From the human T2T-CHM13v2.0 reference genome, Homo sapiens: 64,000 nt of DNA. Positions 16,621-30,383 of the stretch are shown here, in pieces. Within the stretch, counting starts at the first letter, position 1. The number at the start of each line of letters is the position of its first letter. A model generated the notes under the pieces. It was not told where the DNA came from and did no database searches. It saw only the letters and a list, made by a program, of their open reading frames with translations. Where the stretch lies: the NCBI RefSeq assembly GCF_009914755.1, contig NC_060929.1. One strand, given 5' to 3'. A program made the position numbers and the translations under genes.

Positions 16621-17667
16621 CATCCCCACGGGTGGAATCAGGGACTCCCTCTAGACTCCCAGATCCTCTGGTACCACCCTTGTCACTGCACTTATCACAA
16701 AAAACTGCACCAGAGATACGTGACCCTTTCCCTGTCCCTGATTTTTTTGTGATGGTATCACACTTTTGCTTACCTCCTCCCTTCTTTTTTGAAATTTGAG
16801 GTATGTCAGGTTCATTTCTACATCCAGAGTATCTGCCTAAAAGAGGTATTCAGTGAATAATGGTATAATGAACAAATACAAGAAAGGATGAATGAATGAA
16901 CACACGAGTGTCTTCTAGTTGGTCAAGAGACTTTAATAGAGTGAGAAAGGAGAGTTGTTTCTCCAGAGACCTACCTGCTATGAGATCTAAGTTACACTAA
17001 AGTCCTCTCTGAGCTGACAAAGGATTATTATTTTTAAATCTCTCTTCACCCAGACCACAGCTGAACCGGCCGCACCCATGGGACACAAACCCATCTCCCA
17101 TTACAGAAAAACAAATCTGACCCAGCCATTCTCTGCTTAAAACAACTTTTGGTGATGTTTTGGACGGGAGTGGGTGGAAGGGAGTGAACATTTGGATTCA
17201 GAGAACATTCGGTGTTATAGAACATTCATTTGTTTATTGACTGACTCATTAGACAAGCAATGAATTAGCACCTACTATGTGTGGGCACTATACATGTTAC
17301 TCCATCCTCACAGCAAGCTCTGTCTTAGGCCAATGTATTTGTTATCTGCTACTGCATAACCAATTACCCTAAACCTAGGGGCTAAAGCAACAAACATTTG
17401 TTATCACACAGGAATCCAGGTGCAACTCAGCTGGCTGCCTGTGGCTCAGAGTCTCTCACGAGGTTGCAGTCAAGCTGGGGGCCAGGGCCGTGGTCATGTC
17501 AAGCCTCCACTGGAGCAGAAGGATCCATTTCCAAATTCATTCACAGGGTTGTTGTCAGGCCTTAGCTCAACCTTGTCCAATGTGTGGTCTGCAGGCTGCC
17601 TGTGGCCCCGGATGGCTTTGAATGCATCCCAGGACAGCTTTGAATCCAGCCCAACACAAATTCTTGA

Positions 17668-18377
<710 letters not shown>

Positions 18378-18928
18378 CCTAAGACAGTTTTTCTTCTTCC
18401 AGCGTGGCCCAGGGAAGCTAAAAGATTGGACACCCCTGCCTTAGAAGAATCACTTGCAAACTCACCCACAGGGGCTTTTCCTTAGGGCACAGAAGCCACA
18501 CACAGAAGCCAGCTTATCCAGGGTGACTGATCCAAGAGATAGCAAGAGAGTGTCCAAGACAGAAGTCACCATCTCTTGATAACCTAATCTCAGAAGCAAC
18601 ATGCTCATCACTTCTGCCATATTTTGTGCATTAGAAATGAGTCCATAAGTCCAGCCTACACTTGAAGGGAGGAAATTACACAAGGGTATGAATACCAAGA
18701 GGTGGGTTAATTGGGACAATTTCAGAGGCTACCTGCCACAGGTAAGGTATTATTATCCTTCATTTCATACCTAGACACCCAGCTAGTTAAGCAACTGGTC
18801 CAGGTCACCCAGCAGAGAGTGATCTGAGTCCAAAGTGGTTTTCTATTTCCCCAGGCTGGCGGGGGGTGAGATGGAGGAAGGCAGGGAGAAGTTACTGGTA
18901 GGAAAAAAAAATAATGAGGATGGAGTCT

Positions 18929-19432
18929 CTGTTATTTATCTACTGCTGTGTAACTAATTACCCACAACTTAATGGCTTAAAGCAAACATTTATTATCTTA
19001 TAGTTTCTATGGATCAGGAATTCGGGAGCAGCTGAGCTGGGTGTTTCTCAGGGTCTCTCAAGAACCTGTGGTTAAGCTGTGGGCTGGGGATGCAGCTTTG
19101 AAGCCCTGACCGGGGCTGAGCCGCTACTTCCAAGAGAGCCCACTCACATGGCTGTTGGTGGGAGGCCTCATTCCTCACCGACCAGGCCCCTTTATAATCG
19201 TGCTTGAGCCTCTTTAGGACAGGCAGTTGGCTTCCCTCAGAACGAGTGATTCAAGAGTGGCTAAGCAGAGCCTCAGTCTTTTGTGACGTAGCCACAGGAG
19301 TCATAACTGTCGTTTCTGCAATATCCTGTTGATTACACAGGATAGGTCAGCCCTATTCATTGTGGGAGGTGATTCTAGAAGGGCATGGGAATACCAGGAG
19401 ATCAGGGTCACTGGAGGCTGGCTACCTACCAC
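18929..19432 (-). mobile_element. MLT1 LTR
   Basis: gttatttatctactgctgtgtaactaattacccacaacttaatggcttaaagcaaac ... ggaggctggctacctaccaca. Confidence 0.75.
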
Positions 19433-19814
19433 AGGCTTCCACAAGATTGATAATCCGAAAACTTAACTTGTATTGTTGTTCCCTGCTCAAAGAGACCCAG
19501 AGCCTTCCCACGTACTGCAGACACAATCTGATTTTCTTAGCTCCATCTCCCACTGGCTCTTGAGTGGATGGACCATCTGGGACTGACAGCCTGGTCTGCT
19601 CACAGACCTCACCAGTCCCACAGCGGAGGCCCATGTTGATACCTCCCCTCCCATCCGCTGTTCTGTTGGTAAGGCCTGCCTCCGTGGGAAGGCCTGCCTC
19701 CCTGGGAAGCCTCTATTCAAACTTCAACGCATAGTTAGTGCATCCCCAGCATGTGCAGGGTCTGGCTGGATGCTAGGATATGATGGTGATACCACCTTGT
19801 CTCAGGGAACTTTC

Positions 19815-20001
19815 CTTTTTTTTTTTAAATTATACTTTAGGTTCTGGGATACATGTGCAGAACGTGCAGTTTTGTCACACAGGCATACACGTGCCATTTG
19901 TGTATGGCATCATTGTTTGTGTACCCATCAACCCGTCATCTACATTAGGTATTTCTCCTAATGCTATCCCTCCCCTAGCCCCCTACCCCCCGACAGGCCC
20001 C
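19815..20001 (-). mobile_element. 5'-truncated L1PA (primate L1 3' end)
   Basis: ttttaaattatactttaggttctgggatacatgtgcagaacgtgcag. Perfect 15-bp TSD tctcagggaactttc at 19800-19814 and 20002-20016. Confidence 0.9.
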
Positions 20002-20312
20002 TCTCAGGGAACTTTCACTCAGATGGGGTAGTAGTTACTAGCGAATTAATAATAACCTAATCACACGTCATGCCCAGTTCTCCCAAGGAAACCTACAAGG
20101 TACCATGCGATTATGTAATAGGGGACTGGCCTAGTCCATGAGCATTGGGGCAGTCAAGTAGCTAGCCAGGCTGCATAGGTGTATCAGCATTGGGTTTAGG
20201 TGTAAGTGTCTGAAAATACAGAATAACAATAGCTTAAATAAGATAGATGTTTGTTTCTCTTGGGCAGGTGTTTGAGGACAGGTATTTTGCCACTTAGAGA
20301 CAGGAACTCAGG

Positions 20313-20611
20313 TTTTTTTTTTTTTTTTTGAGACAGAGTCTCACTCTGTCGCACAGGCTGGAGGGCAGTGGTGTGATCTGGGCTCACTGCAACCTCTGCC
20401 TCCCAGGTTCAGGCGATTCTCCTGCCTCAGCCTCCTGAGTAGCTGGGATTACAGGCGTGTGGCACCACGCCCGGCTAATTTTTGTATTTTTAGTAGAGAC
20501 AGGGTTTCACCACATGTTGGTCAGGCTGGTCTCGAACTCCTGACCTCAGGTGATCCGCCCACCTCGGCCTCCCAAAGTGCTGCAATTACAGGTGTGAGCC
20601 ACTGTGCCCGG
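20313..20611 (-). mobile_element. AluS element inside an old MLT1-like LTR (about 20180-20850)
   Basis: Reverse-complement Alu. TSD approximately aggaact(c/t)agg. Confidence 0.9.
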
Positions 20612-21221
20612 CAGGAACTTAGGCTCTTTTTGTCTTGTTGCTCTGCTCTGTGGTGGCCTCCACCTTATGGTCCAGGATGGTGACGCCTACATTCCTGGCA
20701 GCCAGATGGAGAAAGGGACACAGAGGGTAAAGCAGACATACCAACTATCCCAGATGCCCCACAAGACACTTCCCTTTACTTCTCAATGCCACATCTAGCT
20801 ACAAAGGAAGCTGGGGAAATGCAACTTTCACTGTGAGCACCCACATGCCCAGCCAAAAGTTGGGAGCTCTATCCCCACTCGAAAAGAGCAATGATAGTCA
20901 ACCCTGTCTTGCATTTACTCTGTGCCAGGCATTTGCTGACCTTGGATATCATCCCAAATGCACACTTGATTCAGTAGGTCTGGCCTGGGGACAAGAGTCT
21001 GTCCTGTGATGGCCATGTGGCTGGTCTGTGGACCACAGTTTGAGGAGGGAGGATTCGAGGTCAAAGATCCATCATTGCATGTTTCCTCCCACACAGGGCC
21101 AACGAATGGCTGTTTGGAAGCAGTGGCTGCTCAAGGCCCCTTAACTCTCCCTGCTGTCCCTAGGTTTCCAGTTCAGGCTGAGATTTCCTTTTCTCCCCCA
21201 ACAGTGTCAGACCACTGACAC

Positions 21222-21268
21222 TGAATGAATGAATGAATGAATGAATGAATGAATGAGTGAATGAATGA
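21222..21268. repeat. (TGAA)n microsatellite
   Basis: About 11-12 units read directly; typical L2-tail derivative. Confidence 0.9.
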
Positions 21269-21829
21269 AAAGGGAACGCAGAGGTCAGGTCCCGGCATAT
21301 GCTCTAGGGGAAGGCTTTGGTTCACCACGTCACCCTACCCCAGACCCCGTGCTAGTGTTGTCCCTTCTGAATCCTCCCGGAGGAACCAGCACTGCGGTTC
21401 CCCTCTATTTACACAGGGGGAAACTGTCCATTGACTCTGCTTTTGGAACCCGAGCCCTCACCATTCTCCCCTGGGTTTTTTGAAGCCCTGTCCCACCACA
21501 ACCTTGGAGAAAGGGCCAGTGACAGAACCTGGGGGAAGTTCAGAGTGAGTTTCCCCTACTCAGGTCTTGTGTGACCTCAACTACCATCTCCTCTAATCCA
21601 GCAGTCACGGAGGCAGCTGCTCTGTATTCCTGAGGAGGAAACTGAGGCTCTAAGAAGGAGACAATCGGCACAGTCCACGTTGGCCAAGTCACAGTGCAGG
21701 TCCCATCTGCCTCTGCCACAACCCTGCATGTTCTCGATGGACCTGGTTCAGAGCAGATGCTCTGTGAATGCCCACTGGAGTGAACGACAGGGGCAGATGG
21801 AAGCAGGGACAGCCACTGCCAGCCTCAAT

Positions 21830-22010
21830 AGTTTCAGGTGCCTGGCACTGTGCTAAGCCAGTCTCCTGTTTCTCAGCTGATCCCCAGGAAAACCCCCTCA
21901 AGTAGGTGTCATCGTCCTCTTTGTGCAGATATGCAAAAGGGGCGGGGCGGGGGGGGGCGCTCTGAGAAGCCCAGTGGCTTTCCCAGAGAGACACGGCAGG
22001 GGCAGAGGTG
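21830..22010 (-). mobile_element. MIR with an internal G-rich insertion
   Basis: gcctggcactgtgctaagcc...gtaggtgtcatcgtcctctttgtgcagat[G-run]gctctgagaag...ttcccagagagacac. Confidence 0.6.
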
Positions 22011-22413
22011 AGTCCACCTTAACAGCCTAGGATGGCCGACCTCTTCCCTTCCCCCACAGTATTAGGCCCTCACTCAGAGCTAGACGCTGTGCACGGCCAA
22101 AGTCTGTATCACCCCGCCCCCCGCCCCCAACTCAATCACAGTTCAGTGAAACTGTTTACAAATGCAAAAAACTGGGCTCGGAGAAGCAGAGAATTTGTCC
22201 GAGGGCATCCAAAGAGATGGAGAAGGAAATCTAAGTGGGAGGCTTGAAGGAATGAGTACTGGAGTCTTTGGGGGACTCCCTTCCCTTCCGACAGCCTCGA
22301 CTCTCCGCCCCTTCCCTGCCTGCCCGCGGGCCCCTTTAACCGGGTGGCGGAAGGGGCGGCCGGGCGGGCGGCGCCCAATGGGCTGCGCGGAGCGTCACTT
22401 CCCGGCAGCGGGA

Positions 22414-22441
22414 GGCGAGTGGCGAGTGGCGAGTGGCGAGT
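22414..22441 (+). repeat. (GGCGAGT)4 perfect 7-bp tandem repeat in the ERGIC1 5' leader
   Basis: Read directly: ggcgagt ggcgagt ggcgagt ggcgagt. Confidence 0.95.
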
Positions 22442-22559
22442 GTCAGGGGGGCGGCCGGCGGGGGCGGGGCGGCCGGAGGAGGCGTTGGCAGCGGGCTCGG
22501 ACCCACGCGGCGCCGCGGCCCGCCTGGCCTGCAGCGCTCCCACCCCCGGCGGCGGCACG

Positions 22560-22579
22560 ATGCCCTTTGACTTCAGGAG
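22560..22579 (+). CDS. ERGIC1: ERGIC1 (ER-Golgi intermediate compartment protein 1, ERGIC-32) first coding exon, partial CDS; phase-2 intron follows
   Basis: ATG CCC TTT GAC TTC AGG AG|GTGAGT gives MPFDFR(R), matching the recalled ERGIC1 N-terminus MPFDFRRFDIYRK. ATG has -3 A, sits in a CpG island, and the donor is a consensus match. Confidence 0.93.
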
Positions 22580-25500
22580 GTGAGTGTGGCGACCCCGGCC
22601 AGTCAGGAGTTCCCTCAGCGGGCAGAGGGAGAGCCCCGGCACGCCGCGGACCCCTCCCGCCCTGCATGCAAAAGCGGCTCACCGCCCTGTGCATGCCTCC
22701 GCAGGCCCCTAGGGACCCCAGGCGAGCCCCCCCCTGCCGCACACGAAGCCAGCCAGAGCCGCGGAGGCCCCCTCGTGCAGCGGGAGACAAATCCACCCAC
22801 CTTCCCTCCGCCGAGCCCCCTCCCCAGCCTGCCCGGATACCTTGCATTCCCCTCCCCCACACTAGGAAACATTTCCTCCCTCCTCCCAGATGGGAACAGC
22901 CCATAACACCCCAGCATCCCTCTCCTCCCTCTACTGAGCCTCCTTGGTGGACCCCACCTCAGCTGACAGGTGGGGCAGGGCACCTGGAATGAGTCCGGAG
23001 GGGCCTGGGGCCCCATGCAGCCTGCCGGCAGCTGGAGGGTTTTAAGTTTCTATAGCCTGAGGCTCCCCCAGGCCGGGCAGATCGGGAGGCCTGCCCCCGC
23101 CCCTCCCTCCCTCAGCCCCAGCCCTGTCCGCTGGGTATGGGGGCACCATGGGAAGGGGAGGAGGCGCCTTGGGCAGGACTCTGCAGAAGGGCCACCGGGG
23201 TCTGGCCTTGGCTTTCTGCAGTCACCACAATGGGTCCTTTGTGGGGTCCAGCTGCCTCATGGTCTAGGTTGCATGGGGCATTCTGGAAGCCTGCGGGGGA
23301 AGAGATCTCCACCAGAGGTTCCCTTGAGGTGTGGAGCCCCAGGGGATGTCCTGGCCTGAGGCAGCCACACTTGGTGTCTGGCTGGGAAAAGAGCAGGGCT
23401 TTAATGCAGGGAGGAGCTGGATTAGAATCCTGGCTCTGCCCTTTCTACTGAACAGCTCGGTATATTCTAGAAGTTAGGGGCAAAGGCTCTGGGTTCAGAA
23501 CTCCCTGTCGCCGCTCGGCTGGCTGACCTCAGCAAGTCTCCGAGCGCCCTCAGTTTCACCACCTGCAAATTGGGGCTAAAAATAAGGTCTCCGCTTGTGA
23601 CGACTGAGTGCGTGAAACACCCTTAGCAGAGTCTGGCATGATTTAGAGCTCAGAAATAGGGCATTAGTGGATGGGGGGTGTTCTCCAGGAGGGGTTTTCC
23701 ACATCCACAAAATAGTGATTCAGATGCCTGTGCCACAGGAGGTATTTCTTCCCCTCTTCTTGCATGTGAAGGCAGTGTAAAGTGACAGTCTACCCAGAGA
23801 GAAAGGCCCTTAGCTTGCCATGACCCCCATAGCATGGGATATATTGGGGTTTAGGCCCAAAGAGGACACTGGTCTTGGACCTCTTGATTGGTTGACATGG
23901 TTTTCCAGCCTGTCCGGGTCCCTGATACCAGCTAGCAAATGTTTGCCGGCTTCTTGCCCCTGCCGGGCAGCCCTGAGGCTAGCAGACCTAGGCAGTTTTG
24001 AACAAGGACAGCCCCTCTGATGGAATTCAAGGTCAGTCCTAATAGCATCAGTTAAGTCTGGGCCATAAGAGCTGTGGTCGGCACATCAATTTCTGGTTCC
24101 ACAAAGCCTCCCCTTACCCAGGCCAACCATAGGGATTCGTGCCACCGCCGCCCCCTGCCCCTGTGTGATTCAGTAGGTTCCGGTGATTTTGAGCTTGCTG
24201 GGGAAATTGCTGTTTTTGATCTTTTAATCCTTTCTCCCTGCACCTCACCCTTCCGTCTTACCAAGGAGGAAATGAGGCTCCAGGGATGAGGGCCTTATCT
24301 TGGACTTTATGGGTGCTAAATGGGAAGGGTAGACTTAGGTCTCAGGTCACACATGGCTCCCAACCTTGTGCTCCTTGAATTGGTGGCTTGTGGGGGCAGG
24401 TAAGGGAAGTAAGGAAAATGGGTAAGGCCAGCTCTAGCCTTTGGCCTTGGAAGGGCCCTGTGTCAGGCATTGATATTTAAAGAGAGAAATGCTCAGCTCT
24501 GAGAAGCTGGCTAGTCTGGGGCTCCCTTGGCATACTTCAGGTCCCTGAGTGCCCAGGTGTCAGGGGGCCCAGCTTAACTAGGAAATACTCTCAGGGCTTG
24601 GGCTCACTGCGGAATGGTGAGAATGGATTCAGTGCTTCACGTTTGCACCTTGGAGGATGAGCCATGTGTGCCCAGCAAACCTGCACTCTTTAAGCTCTGT
24701 GAACTTCAAGGCTCCAGGACCTGGGTTCTACTGAGGGTTCGACCATCCCCATGCACCTTCCTCCGCTTCAGTGTGCATTCATCAAGCATTCATCAAGTGT
24801 CCAGTCCATGCTCAGCCCTCTGCCACAGGCCCCACCGTGAGGAGGTGGGTGGCATGTGGTCCGGCTCTCTTTGCATTCCAAGAGAAGGGAGGAGGGCTTA
24901 TGGGGTCCCAGGAGTGGGGGTGTGCGTGAACTGGCACGCAAGGAGCATCTACCACTGTATACACACTTTGGGGTGCAGACATCGATTCCCTTGTCACCTG
25001 AGAGAGGGAGTTTTAATCTTCATTTTAAATCAAAGGAGAGGGGAGCTCCACTGAGTAGAAGCCCTTTGCTCTGGCCATGCAGTGCATGAGCTGGTGGATC
25101 TGGGATTTGAACTTGGGGCTGTTAGCTCCAAAGCCTTAGATCTGGGAGAAAAGGGAGAGATTGGAGGGGCCCACCATCCTGTCAGCTCTTTTAAGAATTG
25201 TGGGGAGTGGAGAGGGGTATACCGTGATTAGACCTCCTCCCCCAGTTCAAGGCCAGGGAGAAAACCAGCCGTCCTGCTCGTGTTCCCCTTCTTAAAATCA
25301 GAAGCAGGAAAAATAGTGCACTCTTGCCCTTCCCTACGGATACTTCTGATTTTCTTACTGCCTGTAGAGCCTGGTGCAACTGAGTTCTGTGTTTTCCTGT
25401 CTGTGAAATGGGAATGAGGAGAGTACTCACCGAAGTAGAACAGTTGAGGGATGAGGCAGTGCGGAAAGCATTTAGACACAGAGTAAGCGCCTCATCCATT

Positions 25501-26370
25501 TTGGCCGCCATATTTATTTGTGTCATTTTATTTAAGCACCCATCATCTCCTAACACATTATATAATTCACTTAATTATCATGCTGCTTCTCTCTCCCTCC
25601 CATTAGTACATGAGCTCCTGAGGGCAAGAAGTTTTTATCAGGCTTCTTCAAGGTTGCATCTCCAGCACCTAGAACTGTGCTTGAGCCAAACTCGATCCTT
25701 GGAGATGCCTCTTGAAATCTGTCAAGGAAGCCATAGACATGACGTGACTTGATATGCCAGCTTCAGTGGGCAGATTTTCAGCCATTAGTGGAGAAATCTC
25801 CCCTCTCCACCCTTGAATCTGCCGTTCCTAGGTTGTTTTTGGGGTTAAGGAAGGAGGCAGAACGCAGGGGAGGGAGGCTGAGCTTTCAATGATTTATTGT
25901 GTTTGCTTTGCTCTTGTTAAATTGTTTCACTAATGGCTGGCTGTTGCAGTTGTGGAACTAGCCTTGTGACCCACATCCGTGTGTGTTGTTTCGAGTTCCG
26001 GCTGGCCTGGGGCCAGTAGCACCTGCTGCCTTCTGCACACCAGCCCAGGGTGGGTGAGGAGGGAAGATAACAGCATCCGGAAGCCCTGTGCCCAGGCCCA
26101 GTGGTGCCTGAGCACTGCCTTCCGGGAGGTGCAGGTGGCTGCTGTCCCACAGTGACAGCCCCCATGTTGAAAACCCAAGGCCTCGGGGGTGCCGCTGCAC
26201 TGGCACTGACCAGATGTGCTCTGGGACCATTGACTTCCCCTCTCGGAGCCTCCATTTCTTCATTTTAAGGAGGGGATGTAAACTTCGCTGCCTCACCTGG
26301 TAGAGTAGATGTAGGGGCAAGTGTGATCAATGCACACTTGCAGGATCAATGTGCAATGCAACTTGCAATG

Positions 26371-26552
26371 CAGGATCAGGCCCATAATTTGTGGGGCCCA
26401 GTGCAAAATGAAAATGTGGAGTCCCTTGTTGAAAAAGTATTAAGAATTTCAGGACGGCAGCAGCAGCGCATTCAGCCAAGCGTGGACCCCCCTCTGAGTG
26501 TGTGACCCTGTGTGCCTGCACAGGTCATGCGGCCCTGATGGAGCTGGCCCTG
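26371..26552 (-). mobile_element. MER45A (hAT-Tip100)
   Basis: cataatttgtggggcccagtgcaaaatgaaaatgtgg...ttaagaatttcaggacggcagcagcag...gctggccctg. Confidence 0.85.
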
Positions 26553-26756
26553 CTGCAGGGCCTTGGTTTGGCCTCTACCATTTTTCACTCTGGCCTTCTG
26601 AGTGGTCTTTCTCCCTCCAGGATACCCCAGACCTCCTCAGGACTCCCTAGTGAGCTTTCCAAAGTTGATCTGATATTTTCATGTCCTGATTTCAACCTTC
26701 AAATGGGTCTCATTGCTCTAAGGATCCAGTGTGAATTCCTTTTTAAAAAAAAATTA

Positions 26757-26877
26757 TATAGAGATGGGGTCTTGCTATGTTGGCCAGGTTGTTCTTGAAC
26801 TCCTGGCCTCAAGTCATCCTCCTTCCTTGGCCTCCCAAAGTGCTAAGATCACAGGCATGAGCCACTGCACCTGGCCC
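26757..26877 (-). mobile_element. Alu left monomer / FLAM-like
   Basis: agagatggggtcttgctatgttggccagg...gagccactgcacctggcc. Confidence 0.85.
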
Positions 26878-27106
26878 AGTCTTAATTCCTTAGGCCCCAA
26901 TAGGGAATGGGACCCTGGTAGCCCCATCAGTTCCTACACCAAGCTAAGCCTCAGCCACCACAGGGACCTCTGAGCACAGAGTTAACATTCAGCAGAGAGT
27001 AGCTAACATGAATGCCTGTATTTCTACCCTGCTGTTTCTTCCAGAAAGAATTCCAAGGAAGCTGACAAGAACATATACTTTACAGCAAGTTTTAAAAAAT
27101 ATAAAA

Positions 27107-27811
<705 letters not shown>

Positions 27812-28864
27812 TTATGTGAAAAGGCCAGTATTTCGGGTTTATTGAACATTTGCTAGTGCCAGGCACTGTTGTAAGGATCTTACTGTATCAGCCCCTTTAA
27901 TTCTCCACAGTCCTACAAGGGAGGTGCTGTTGTTACCCCACTTTACAGGTGAGCCAGTGGAGGTGCCACAGAGTTCGGAAACACGGTCGTTCCCGTTCCT
28001 GGAGCTGGGATTGGAACACTGCCATTTGGCACCAGAGCTCCACTGTGTCCTGTAGGCTCATCTCTAAAGCTTTCTCTTTTCCATTCACTAAATTCAGAGA
28101 GAACTGAGAACTCTTCTAATTGGATTCATTGGGTTTCTCTTCACTAATCCTCACCCAACAGTGCTCATTAAGAAGCTTAAAGCCATCAACTTTTTTCCCC
28201 CTAGCCTCATGTAGCGTGATACCTGATTCTGAAATGGTCTTTAAAGACCCTCACACCAGCTAATGGCATCACCCTCGAGGGGCTCAGTTTTCCCACGCTG
28301 ACCAGTGGGGGTTTTCCAGCTTAGAGCATCATGTTTACCTGCTCGCAGGGACATGGAATGAGATGGAATGTCCTCTCCTCCCAAGGCCGTTTGGATTCCT
28401 GACTGTGGTGCTGTAGTAGCAGGAGACAGGGCTTTAGCCAGCTGTGTCCTGGTTAAGTTACATTCCCCATCTGGTAATCCTTTCGTATTTTATTTGGAGT
28501 TACTCCTAGCCAGTTTTTGTCAGGCGTGGGAGAGACAGGCAGGGTGTGAAGAGGGTATTTGGGGTGAGGCTTACCCGGTACATCTAAATCAGTGAGCCTC
28601 AACCCTGGCTGTATATTAAAGTCTCTCATGTGATTCTAATGCACAGCCAAGACGGAGGAGAAGTGCTCTGAATTGGGAGAAGCAATAGCAAGCAGGGCTG
28701 AGAGCAGCAGGGGAGCCAGGTCGGGTGGCGGTGGAGAGCCTTGCCTCGGGAGGCTGGGGCGTGGAGTTCCCGTCCCACCCATCACTCCTGCATGACCTTC
28801 GGCAACTCTGTTACCCCACCAGTGAAGTGGACAGTAAGGGGCCGTAACTTTCTACTAATAACCT

Positions 28865-29020
28865 TGCTCTTCAAAGTGCAGTCCCAGATGCCAGCTTCAG
28901 CAGCACCTTGGAGCTTGTTGGAAGTGGAGAATCTCAGTGCCCACCTGGAATCTGAATTTGTATTTTAACAAGATCCCCAGGTGATTCATGTATTCATTAA
29001 AATGTATAAAGCCCTGGTCT
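28865..29020. mobile_element. MER5A-like (further MER5 fragments at about 28590-28640, 37360-37550, 41690-41810 and 62130-62600)
   Basis: caaagtgcagtccc...cagcaccttggagcttgttggaa...ttttaacaagatccccaggtgattc. Confidence 0.75.
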
Positions 29021-30197
29021 GTATGATTGATTTGACTCAGTGTCCTCCAGTCTGTGTCCCTCCATGCCGCACTGGCTGCCTCACTGAGGACTCTGAAGAG
29101 TCCGGCACTGAGCGAACCAGAGTTATTTGGTTCAGCCCAGCATTTGCCACATGTATAGTCTCAGATGCCCTGTTGTTTATGGAGCAGCTAGTACCATTTC
29201 TCAAAACACAGTTTGGGAAACACAGCCCTAATTGATCCTTTAAGGAAGTGGCAATTAGCCTAATTGTCTGTTGTCAGCTTTAACTTTTAGGTCTATTAAC
29301 TTAATTACATTGATTGTATATGTGGGAAAAGTACAGGACAGGAAAAAAACCTCCAACGCTGGCTGTCTTTGTTTAAAAAAAATCTTGACCCACGGGAGAG
29401 GCAGGGTGAACTCAGGGTTCTCCATACAGCCAAGAGCCAGGGGACATGTGGGGTCCTTTACAGATACCTCTTCTCCCTCTGAGTGGGCATGATCCTTCCT
29501 GTTTTATGTCCAGGGAAACCGACCCTCAGAAATGCTGGGAAACAGCTGGTGCCTCTGACAGCGTAATCCTCATGCCCTTGACAATTAGCCTTCCTCCTGG
29601 CACCTGCCAGGCAGCACAGCTACACAGGAAGGCAGATCCGCTTGAAATGGACAAACCATTCTGTTTCTCCAAAAGGTGGAAACCCTATTCGAGATGAGAG
29701 GCCTGGCTGTAATTACAGTTAGTAAAGTCAGAGGACCCGGATGTCCCTGATGTACTGGGGACTGGCATTGTGATAGCCCCTCCATACATTAGCTTTCCTT
29801 TCTCAGATTCTGGTCTGGGTCTTGAATATCTTTGGAGGAGGAGAAGTAATGCTCATCTTATTAGCAATACCTCACGGCCCTTCAGCTTGTAATGTCTTGA
29901 GCACTGGGCTAGGCATGTCATTGGACTTATAAAATCACACTGGCCTTACAGACAGATACAATGATTCATGATTTATTTTCTTTGTTTTATTTTTAAAGTT
30001 AGCATATGATAAAATTAATGTGTGTTTGTGCACTCTTCTATGAAAGTTAAGGCTTGTTTATCATGTAATCACCACCATCCAGATACAGGACAGCTCCATC
30101 TCTATCACCCCTCACATCTCATGCTGTCACTTTATAGTCATACTATTAATTTGGTTATTTTTTGTGTGGTAAGAATACCTAACATCAGAGCACCCTC

Positions 30198-30383
<186 letters not shown>

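Larger units (their letters stand above)
22290..22830. promoter_or_regulatory. ERGIC1: CpG island / TATA-less promoter and 5' leader of ERGIC1
   Basis: Very GC-rich with dense undepleted CpG. GC boxes (GGGGCGG at about 22352 and 22460-22472), CCAAT at 22375-22379, CGTCACTTCC at 22393-22402. The TSS cannot be fixed from sequence; about 22380-22400 is inferred. Confidence 0.9.

Noticed and set aside
22375-22393. Possible ERSE (CCAAT-N9-CCACG) in the ERGIC1 promoter
   Set aside because: The sequence after N9 is GGAGC, not CCACG. The CCAAT/CCACG pair at 45784/45805 has a 16-nt spacing.
22136-23016. Long ORFs (276, 168, 153 and 133 aa) across the CpG island
   Set aside because: Stop-poor GC-rich DNA giving G/R/P/A low-complexity products on both strands, crossing the real splice donor.
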